A stretch of DNA of 32,000 nucleotides. It comes from Geotalea daltonii FRC-32. Its GTDB lineage: Bacteria > Desulfobacterota > Desulfuromonadia > Geobacterales > Geobacteraceae. The position numbers and the translations under genes are program-made. Below, one piece after another: positions 17,450-23,897 of the stretch; the first letter of the stretch is position 1; every line of letters begins with the position of its first letter. The notes beneath the pieces were generated by a model. It worked only from the letters and a program-made list of their open reading frames with translations, made no database searches and was not told the origin of the DNA. The DNA lies in assembly GCF_000022265.1 (NCBI RefSeq), contig NC_011979.1, forward strand, positions 2,970,001 through 3,002,000. The letters run 5' to 3'.

Positions 17450-18036
17450 GCATCGTGACCTTGGTTTCCGGTGGACTTGATTCTACGTTGATTGCCAAAC
17501 TCGCCCAAGAAGAGGGCCTTATCCAGCATCCGCTATTTGTCGATTATGGTCAGAGGGCTCGCGATCAGGAACTGGCTGCCTGCCGCCGTGGCATGAGCGA
17601 ACTTGGTTTGCCGGAACCAAGGGTGGCTGATCTATCCGGTTTTGGGGCGCTTATACACTCAGGCCTTACTGATTCGTCACTTGATATAGTCAAGGATGCC
17701 TTTACGCCGGGTCGTAATATGCTGTTTCTCCTCATTGCAGCAGCGTATGCGGTTCAGGTAAAAGCAGACGCAATTTCAATAGGGCTTCTTCACGAAAGTA
17801 CCAGCCTATTTCCTGATCAAACCAGTGCATTTCTACGTGATGCCGAAGTACTCATCAGACGTTGCATGAACAGGGATATCAAGCTGCTCGCTCCGCTTGC
17901 CTCATTCCTCAAAACAGATGTAGTTGCCCTTGCGAAGTTGAAAAGGATTGGCGCTACCTATTCTTGCCACACAGGGAATGAGGAAACATGCGGTACATGC
18001 ATAGCTTGTCGGGAATTTGAGACGGTGGAGGTTTAA
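17446..18036 (+). CDS. QueC-like PP-loop ATPase (7-cyano-7-deazaguanine synthase family; Cap9-like)
   Basis: MSIVTLVSGGLDSTLIAK carries the SGGxDS PP-loop, and the C-terminal Cys cluster is CHTGNEETCGTCIACREF (C-x7-C-x2-C-x2-C). The start overlaps the OGG stop (ATGA). Confidence 0.8.
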   Translation: MSIVTLVSGGLDSTLIAKLAQEEGLIQHPLFVDYGQRARDQELAACRRGMSELGLPEPRVADLSGFGALIHSGLTDSSLDIVKDAFTPGRNMLFLLIAAAYAVQVKADAISIGLLHESTSLFPDQTSAFLRDAEVLIRRCMNRDIKLLAPLASFLKTDVVALAKLKRIGATYSCHTGNEETCGTCIACREFETVEV

Positions 18037-18037
18037 G

Positions 18038-18502
18038 ATGGGTGGCAACGGTGGTGGCGGTTGGAGCAGCCTTGGCGATTTACGGGCACTGGAGGAAAAG
18101 GCTAAAGCTGCACTTCAGGGCGGAAAGCGAAATGTGTTTATCAGCTTTGCCACAGAAGACATGGACGAGGTCAACCTCCTGCGTGCTCAGGCTAAGAATG
18201 AGAATAGTGATATTGAGTTTAACGATCATTCTGTGCAGGAACCGTACGAAAGCGACCGGGCCGAATATATACGGCGCAAAATCACAGAGAGAATTAACCG
18301 AACTTCGACAACAGTTGTTTACCTCTCGCAAAATACAGCACAGAGTAAATGGGTTAGGTGGGAAGTCGAGAAAAGTTTGGAGTTGGACAAAAGAGTTATT
18401 GCAGTGCATGCAGGGGATAAATTTACCGGAGACAAACCCTCGTGGTTTTCTGAAGGCATTAAAGTAGTATCTTGGTCCAAGCTTGCTGGTGAGTTGACGT
18501 AA
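18038..18502 (+). CDS. ThsB-like TIR domain protein with Gly-rich N-terminal tail
   Basis: The ATG follows GGAGG and lies 1 nt after the QueC stop. The protein starts MGGNGGGGWSSLG, then NVFISFATEDMDEVNLL ... SKWVRWEVEKSLEL. Confidence 0.75.
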   Translation: MGGNGGGGWSSLGDLRALEEKAKAALQGGKRNVFISFATEDMDEVNLLRAQAKNENSDIEFNDHSVQEPYESDRAEYIRRKITERINRTSTTVVYLSQNTAQSKWVRWEVEKSLELDKRVIAVHAGDKFTGDKPSWFSEGIKVVSWSKLAGELT

Positions 18503-19089
18503 TGGTTATAGCGAAGTGTCGTGTCACGCCTGCTATTGCTGCTCTTGCTGGTCGCCGGATTGATGTCTCGGATGCAACTATTCCTCGATTTCCACTACTT
18601 GAGGTTCAACATGTGTATAACAAGCTCCTTTATCGCTTCCGCCGAGAGAATATTCAACATCTTGTCTGCTCTGCAGCATGTGGCGCAGACATCCTTGCAC
18701 TAGAAGCAGCGAGGGAATTGGCAATTCCAGCGACAGTTGTCCTTCCCTTCTCGCCTGATATCTTTCGAGAAGTTTCCGTTACCGATCGACCAGGGGCATG
18801 GGGCAAGCGGTTTGATCATCTTGTGCAGGAAGCCAGTGATCGAGGCCGCCTTATAGACCTTCAACTTGAGGTCAGTGACGAGAACGCATTCACTGTAACC
18901 AATCACCGGATAATTGAATCTGTACTAGACCTTAGGTTTACTCGAAAGTTGGCATTTGTTGTATGGGACGGGCGGTCGCGTGGAGAAGGTGATTCTACGG
19001 CTGAATTTCTCAAAATAGCTTTGTCGCACGGACTGGAGAAAAGATGTGTTATGACAACAGGAAAGAGCTGCAGTGAAATAGTAGAATGA
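18502..19089 (+). CDS. Stand-alone SLOG-superfamily (LOG/YpsA/DprA-like Rossmannoid) domain protein
   Basis: LVCSAACGADILALEAARELAIPATVVLPF resembles the GxGxD...G-IP motif of YpsA/SLOG. FVVWDGRSRGEGDSTAEF resembles the LOG PGGxGTxxE motif. There is a TAATG overlap with the preceding TIR gene. Confidence 0.5.
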   Translation: MVIAKCRVTPAIAALAGRRIDVSDATIPRFPLLEVQHVYNKLLYRFRRENIQHLVCSAACGADILALEAARELAIPATVVLPFSPDIFREVSVTDRPGAWGKRFDHLVQEASDRGRLIDLQLEVSDENAFTVTNHRIIESVLDLRFTRKLAFVVWDGRSRGEGDSTAEFLKIALSHGLEKRCVMTTGKSCSEIVE

Positions 19090-19120
19090 TAAGTGGTGCC
19101 AGAATGATAAGCGGTGCCAG
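19085..19120. repeat. Tandem 18-nt direct repeat (aatgataagYggtgccag x2) spanning the stop codon of the SLOG gene
   Basis: 19085-19102 and 19103-19120 differ at one position. They are followed by the small palindrome ttgcaattgtgcaa. Confidence 0.8.
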
Positions 19121-19206
19121 GCTTGCAATTGTGCAACTAGCCCTTGTAACGTGACTTCATAGGCGCTCCAAGACAAACGCAGAGAAAGCACCAAAAAATC
19201 ATCGCT

Positions 19207-20058
19207 ATGACAGAACTATTCTCCCCACCCCATGACAGGGTAACCCTGCGCAACAGCTTACGCGAAGCCATCGGCAAGACGAGGCGCGATGCCGCGATTT
19301 TCGCCGTTCTTACGGTGATCCTGACACCGATCTTCTTAGCCGGCGCAACCGTTGTCCTCATATTTGCCCTGGCCTTTGTCGATCTGCCGCTGGTCGATAA
19401 TCTCGGCTATGAACGATCTATTGTGACAGGGGTCAACCTTGCACTGGCCTTCATGGCGGCTTCATATTTTCTTAAGCCCAAGGAACCTTATCAGCGGCAC
19501 AAAAGCGATGAAGCGTGGCTGATGATTGCACTGGCCTTGTACTGTGCTCTGTTCCTCTTGTCCTACGGCACGAGCCTGTCCCATTCGCATCCCATCGGCT
19601 TCTGGTCATTGTACCTGGGGATAGCTCTGACCATGCTTGGGTGTATCGGCCATGCATACGAACCACAGGAAGACTATTACCTGGGATGGCTTTCTGGGCC
19701 GGTCCTCGTTGATAATCCATTTACTATTCAGGACGATATTGATCGAGCCCATGTGTCTCTGGGCTTCGCGGTAGCTCTGGCCAATCTGGTTTTGACATCC
19801 TACGATGAAATTTTCGGCAGCAAATGGCTTTGGCAGGGGCTAAAGGAGTCAGAAATATCGGCTTCTGTAGAATTTCTGGAAGCACTGGCAATCAACGATG
19901 GCAGCCGTGCCCGGTCTGTAGTGGCAAAAGTCGGCAAAACTTCCTCCCTCGGGATGATCCGCGCCCTGGTGAAGCTGGAGATGATCAGGATCAATAAAGG
20001 CGTGGTGCGGCTCAGCTTGAAGGGAAGGGAATTTGTCGGTGTTAAGGCCTTTGGGTAG
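19207..20058 (+). CDS. Multi-pass membrane protein of unknown function with soluble C-terminal domain of about 90 aa
   Basis: At least four hydrophobic segments (AIFAVLTVILTPIFLAGATVVLIFALAF; IVTGVNLALAFMAASYF; WLMIALALYCALFLLSY; FWSLYLGIALTMLGCIG). The C-terminus LGMIRALVKLEMIRINKGVVRLSLKGREF looks like a winged helix. Confidence 0.6.
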   Translation: MTELFSPPHDRVTLRNSLREAIGKTRRDAAIFAVLTVILTPIFLAGATVVLIFALAFVDLPLVDNLGYERSIVTGVNLALAFMAASYFLKPKEPYQRHKSDEAWLMIALALYCALFLLSYGTSLSHSHPIGFWSLYLGIALTMLGCIGHAYEPQEDYYLGWLSGPVLVDNPFTIQDDIDRAHVSLGFAVALANLVLTSYDEIFGSKWLWQGLKESEISASVEFLEALAINDGSRARSVVAKVGKTSSLGMIRALVKLEMIRINKGVVRLSLKGREFVGVKAFG

Positions 20059-20187
20059 CCTTTGAACGTGAATACTGGCGATTCTGGTGGACCGATGAAC
20101 AGGGAAAGTCCCTCAGGCGTCCCTGGATCAACTCAATGTGGCACCATTTGGGGATACACAACATGATAAAGAAGGGGTAGACCGGCC

Positions 20188-20790
20188 ATGTTCAAGCGCT
20201 TCATTGCCATCAGCGTAATAATCACCCTCATAAGCGGCTGTTCTTCAGCCTATTATGTTCATTTCGACTCCACTCCAGTCGGTGCCACCGTGCAGTTTGC
20301 TGGCTCCACCTGTACAACTCCCTGCAAACTGCCACTGGCAAATACAGATGTGCAACTGGCTCAGGTTTCTTTTGCTGGCCGGGAGCCGAAGTTAGTTCGC
20401 GTCGAGGGGGCGCCGAGCGTGTCTGCGAGGGTAGGGCATGGAGTCTCTTCTGCCACCGCGACCACCTTGGGATACCTGGCTATACCGCTACTGGCGGTCG
20501 GCGGCTTCGGGCTTATTCTCTTTTCGGGTAATGAGACAGATGGCTTTTACAATAGTGATTATCAATACGACCGTGGTGGTTTCTACATCACCATGGGCGC
20601 CCTGGTGTCTGGCGCCACGCTCATGTGGGCATCCAAGAGCATGAAGGATTTCTCTGCCGATTTATATGAGCGGCAGGATGTCTACGTGGCTCTGGATCTG
20701 CCGGAAGCGAAGCGAGAAGATAAGCACAAACCCACACTTTCCGTTGATGATTTTATCGGTCACCGACCATTTCCTGTCACCGGTCGCTGA
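20188..20790 (+). CDS. Lipoprotein with PEGA-like domain and C-terminal hydrophobic segments
   Basis: Signal peptide with lipobox LISGC, a PEGA-like stretch FDSTPVGATVQF, then the TM-like segment LGYLAIPLLAVGGFGLILF. Confidence 0.6.
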   Translation: MFKRFIAISVIITLISGCSSAYYVHFDSTPVGATVQFAGSTCTTPCKLPLANTDVQLAQVSFAGREPKLVRVEGAPSVSARVGHGVSSATATTLGYLAIPLLAVGGFGLILFSGNETDGFYNSDYQYDRGGFYITMGALVSGATLMWASKSMKDFSADLYERQDVYVALDLPEAKREDKHKPTLSVDDFIGHRPFPVTGR

Positions 20791-20918
20791 ACAAAACCAT
20801 GATTGGCAAAGGGAGAATCAAGGGGCAGCCCTCGATATGGGACAAAGCAAGACGATTGTAGCGTCTTGAACCAGCCTCAAAACGAACTGGACTGCTTAAG
20901 GCTGGACACCGGAGAAAC

Positions 20919-21215
20919 ATGAAACAGTTTTGTTTCTGGGATGGCGATACGCTGGTGCTCAATATTCTCGGCACTCCAAATGCCAAACGGGACGCCATCG
21001 GCAAGGTGAAGGGACACCAGCTTTGTGTCAGTGTGACGGCGGTTCCCCGTGCCGGGCGGGCGACCGACCATATGGTTCGGTTTCTGGCTGAAGAATTTGG
21101 CGTCTCCGTCAGCGACATTCAGGTTGTGTTCGGGCGGATGAATGTCAACAAGCAGCTGCGGATCAAGGCGCCCAAACGGTTGCCCTTAGTCATCGGGCAG
21201 CAAGAATTATGCTAG
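20919..21215 (+). CDS. DUF167 (YggU-family) protein
   Basis: LVLNILGTPNAKRDAIGKVKGHQLCVSVTAVPRAGRATDHMVRFLAEEFGVSVSDIQVVFGRMNVNKQLRI matches the YggU pattern (P.A..n.i......l.v.v.a.P..G.AN..l..fLa..l.v....v.i..G..sr.K). A GGAGA RBS lies upstream. Confidence 0.75.
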   Translation: MKQFCFWDGDTLVLNILGTPNAKRDAIGKVKGHQLCVSVTAVPRAGRATDHMVRFLAEEFGVSVSDIQVVFGRMNVNKQLRIKAPKRLPLVIGQQELC

Positions 21216-21324
21216 TTTCAGCCAAGGAGGGTGGGGGATTCCGGGGACAGCGTACGCAACTTCGGCTTCCGGTGAGAAGGCTTTCGGTCACCTTTGCAGA
21301 TTTACAGGTGGTTAAGTAGCCTCG

Positions 21325-21630
21325 CTAAGCTGCATTTCTGAGAGGTTTCACTTCTTGCTCGATTCGCTCAGCCAAAGTGATTTCAGCACATTCGAGATCG
21401 TATTGGGCTTGAAGATTCATCCAGCTTTGGGCGTCTGTGCCGAAGAACCGGGCAAGGCGCAAGGCGGTGTCGGCAGTGATGGCCCGTTTGCCGGCGCAGA
21501 TTTCATCGATACGGCGTTGGGGTACGCCGATGGACTTGGCAAGCCTATAGCGGGTAACGTTTAGCGGCTTTAGAAAGTCTTCAAGGAGAATTTCTCCAGG
21601 ATGTACCGGGGGAAGATCGCGTTTTATCAT
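21325..21630 (-). CDS. higA: HigA-family antitoxin (XRE-type HTH)
   Basis: MIKRDLPPVHPGEILLEDFLKPLNVTRYRLAKSIGVPQRRIDEICAGKRAITADTALRLARFFGTDAQSWMNLQAQYDL is a canonical HigA sequence. The ATG (CAT at 21628-21630) is preceded by AGGAG. The longer ORF to 21810 was rejected. Confidence 0.9.
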   Translation of the reverse strand: MIKRDLPPVHPGEILLEDFLKPLNVTRYRLAKSIGVPQRRIDEICAGKRAITADTALRLARFFGTDAQSWMNLQAQYDLECAEITLAERIEQEVKPLRNAA

Positions 21631-21640
21631 AGAAGCTCCT

Positions 21641-21922
21641 TTAGTGGTAATCGACGATTTCGACGTCCGTTGCATTTCCGTCTTGCCAGGTAAAACAGAT
21701 GCGCCATTGGTCGTTGATTCGGATGCTCCACTGGCCGGTGCGGCTCCCTGAAAGTTGCTCAAGCCTGTTGCCTGGTGGTACGCGGAGAAAATCCAGGGTA
21801 GTGGCGCCATGAATCTGTTTTAGCTTCCGTTGGGCGATACGCTGCACATCCTGTGGCAGCTTTCCGGAAAAGCGGCCGTGAAAAAGCTTTTCAGTCTCTT
21901 TACAGGCAAACGTCTTGATCAT
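21641..21922 (-). CDS. higB: HigB-family (RelE-fold) mRNA interferase toxin
   Basis: MIKTFACKETEKLFHG...LPQDVQRIAQRKLKQIHGATTLDFLRVPPGNRLEQLSGSRTGQWSIRINDQWRICFTW matches the plasmid-maintenance killer family. The toxin-first order with a 10-nt gap to higA is typical. Confidence 0.9.
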   Translation of the reverse strand: MIKTFACKETEKLFHGRFSGKLPQDVQRIAQRKLKQIHGATTLDFLRVPPGNRLEQLSGSRTGQWSIRINDQWRICFTWQDGNATDVEIVDYH

Positions 21923-21999
21923 GGGAAAATAGTACTGGGAGACGTTAGTATTGTCAAGCGGTAGTATGTTAAAGAAAAACACCAAAGAGTAGCAACTTC

Positions 22000-22830
22000 A
22001 TGCCCAACCTCACCAAACACAAAATCAACTTCACCGAACGCTTCAAACGCCGCCATGCCCTACGGTTCCACATGTCACTGATCCTGCTGGCCACCTTCAG
22101 TTCCGGCCTCTTGGCGACCAAGCTCATGCTGGTGCTGGATATGACCAACGTCATGTGGCGCTACCCGCTGGCGGTGGTGTTCGCCTATGGTGTGTTCTTC
22201 GCTTCAGTCAAGATCTGGCTGCATTACATATCACCCAGCGCCGCGGCAAAAAAAGCCCATGACAGCCATGTGGATGCGGTTGACCTGCTGCCGGACTTGC
22301 CCATATCCGGTGGTGGGAGTCCAAACATTACACCTGCCTTTGAAGGGGGTGGGGGAGAGTTCTCCGGCGCCGGTGCATCGGGAACCTTCGAGGTAGACGG
22401 CTTGCTTGCCGATACCGGCAGCAGTCCCATTATGGACGGTGGTGTCGATACGGGCAGCGGCATAGGAAATGTGGTCGGCGACGCGGCGGGAGACGTCGTC
22501 GGGGCAGCATTGGGGGATGAAGGGGGCTGCCTGGTTGCGGTCATCCTGGGTGTGCTTGCGGCGATGCTGGCGGTGCTTGTGGGGACAGGGGCCTATCTCG
22601 TCTACGAAGCGCCCTTCATCCTCTCTGAAGCGGCATTCGAGTTCATCCTGGCGGCAAGCCTTTTGCGCGGGACCAAGCGCATGAACAGCGGCGACTGGTG
22701 GGGGAGTGTCTTCAAAACGACCAGCATCCCCTTTTTAGCCACCCTGGCACTGGCATTTCTTGCCGGTTACCTGATGCACCGGTATTTTCCGGGCGTAACC
22801 AAAATATCCGAACTGGTATTACTTTGGTAA
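22000..22830 (+). CDS. Membrane protein of unknown function with central Gly/Asp-rich low-complexity linker
   Basis: Two N-terminal TM helices, then a GGGSPNITPAFEGGGGEFSGAGASG...GDAAGDVVGAALGDEGG linker, then further TM helices (LVAVILGVLAAMLAVLVGTGAYL; IPFLATLALAFLAGYLM). I recognised no family. Confidence 0.55.
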   Translation: MPNLTKHKINFTERFKRRHALRFHMSLILLATFSSGLLATKLMLVLDMTNVMWRYPLAVVFAYGVFFASVKIWLHYISPSAAAKKAHDSHVDAVDLLPDLPISGGGSPNITPAFEGGGGEFSGAGASGTFEVDGLLADTGSSPIMDGGVDTGSGIGNVVGDAAGDVVGAALGDEGGCLVAVILGVLAAMLAVLVGTGAYLVYEAPFILSEAAFEFILAASLLRGTKRMNSGDWWGSVFKTTSIPFLATLALAFLAGYLMHRYFPGVTKISELVLLW

Positions 22831-22870
22831 TTACGGACTCTGTTTAACGTTAGTCACAGGAGTATACGCT

Positions 22871-23389
22871 ATGAAATACCTGTTCCTCAAAATCTGCCTA
22901 TTCTGTCTATTCCTCCTGCTTTTCACTGGATGCGCCATCGGCGTACCCCAAAACCGCGACGAATTCGTCGCCATGTACAGCGAAAGCGGCATTTTCACTG
23001 CGGCGGATCATTACACCATCAACCAGCCGGCGAAGGCTGTCATTGCCGACGTGAAGGAATATTCCCAGAAGTGCCTCAACGTGCAGGTGTACGACTCGCC
23101 CAACTATGCCTTAAGGGAGACAGGCGGGAAGACCACGTACCGGCCGAAGATCGAAACGGTCCGGAAGAATGTGTTCTCGCTCTCGGTGCAGGAGGAATAC
23201 AACGATCACCACATCTCTGGCTCGCCCAAAGACGGCCTTTTCACTCTGGTGGCCGAAATCACCCCGGCAGGAAAGGGGAAAACAAAGCTCGATATTTACC
23301 ACCCACGAGGTTCCAAGACTGCCGATCCCCTGAAAGACTGGGCTGAAGGGAAAAAGGGAAGCTGCCCCAACCTGCGGCGAGGGTACTGA
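22871..23389 (+). CDS. Lipoprotein of unknown function
   Basis: AGGAG RBS, and a signal peptide with lipobox LLFTGC. The soluble domain is about 150 aa with no recognisable motif. Confidence 0.6.
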   Translation: MKYLFLKICLFCLFLLLFTGCAIGVPQNRDEFVAMYSESGIFTAADHYTINQPAKAVIADVKEYSQKCLNVQVYDSPNYALRETGGKTTYRPKIETVRKNVFSLSVQEEYNDHHISGSPKDGLFTLVAEITPAGKGKTKLDIYHPRGSKTADPLKDWAEGKKGSCPNLRRGY

Positions 23390-23748
23390 TAACCAAGGCC
23401 CTGGAGGGTGTCGGCGAAGGCAAGCGCCTGAAGGCCATCGGTGACGGTGAGGCTTCGAAGATCGCCGCCATCGGCGAGGCAACCGCCCAGGCGTACAACA
23501 AACAGCAGGAGGCAATCGGCGAAGAGGCCATAAAGCAGATCAAGATCGTTGAGCTGATTTCTGCCGCCATAGAAAACGGCCACATCAAGGTTGTTCCCGA
23601 TGTGATGGTGGCCGGCGGCGGCAGCGCTGCCGACGGGCTAATGGGGATGCTGACCAAGCTGCTGCCGGGGTTGGACCTGAACCTGCTGGCGAAAAAACCT
23701 GCCACTGCCGTGGCGCCGGAGGTGCGGGCGGAGATCGATGTGGTTTAA
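23347..23748 (+). pseudogene. 3' fragment of a flotillin/SPFH-family gene (C-terminal region only, no start codon)
   Basis: The frame is open from the stop at 23344-23346 to the TAA at 23746-23748. It reads ...ALEGVGEGKRLKAIGDGEASKIAAIGEATAQAYNKQQEAIGEEAIKQIKIVELISAAIENGHIKVVPDVMVAGGGSAADGLMGMLTKLLPGLDLNLL. This is the Ala/Glu repeat plus tail typical of YqiK-like flotillin C-termini. There is no N-terminal SPFH core, and it overlaps the 3' end of the lipoprotein gene in another frame. Confidence 0.5.
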
Positions 23749-23790
23749 ATGCGGTTGACCACGGAAGGATTATAAAAGGAACAGAATAAG

Positions 23791-23849
23791 GGGGCAGGCT
23801 GGTTTTCTATCAGTCACATTAAAAACCAGCCTGTCCCCTATCTTTTTCT
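23791..23849. terminator. Bidirectional intrinsic terminator between convergent transcription units
   Basis: GGGGCAGGCTGGTTTT, a 15-nt loop, then AAAACCAGCCTGTCCCC, followed by TATCTTTTTCT on the plus strand. There is T-rich sequence on the minus-strand side as well. Confidence 0.7.
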
Positions 23850-23897
23850 GAATTTCCCCCCTCAAATAACAAATCATCACAGGATTCTCCTTTTGTT

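Noticed and set aside
15345-18036. Interpretation as a Dpd-type 7-deazaguanine DNA-modification/restriction system (DpdA-like TGT + QueC)
   Set aside because: I see no DpdB or DpdC, no helicase/ATPase restriction genes (DpdD-K), and no FolE/QueD/QueE preQ0 genes in the window. The presence of OGG plus multiple TIR domains fits the CBASS-IV-like ancillary triad better. This remains a live alternative that DNA nucleoside mass spectrometry for dPreQ0/dADG could test.
8756-19089. Search for a CD-NTase, SIR2, Macro, STING, SAVED or patatin effector that would make this a canonical CBASS or Thoeris locus
   Set aside because: None of the twelve proteins shows the GS...[DE]xD nucleotidyltransferase signature or other recognisable motifs of those families by eye. 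This negative result is only motif-level and must be confirmed by HMM and structure searches.
21325-21985. Longer ORF versions of higA (161 aa) and higB (114 aa) from the track
   Set aside because: The N-terminal extensions overlap the partner gene and lack homology-like sequence. Internal ATGs at 21630 and 21922 give the canonical MIKRDLPPVHPGEIL and MIKTFACKETEKLF N-termini, and the higA start has an AGGAG RBS.
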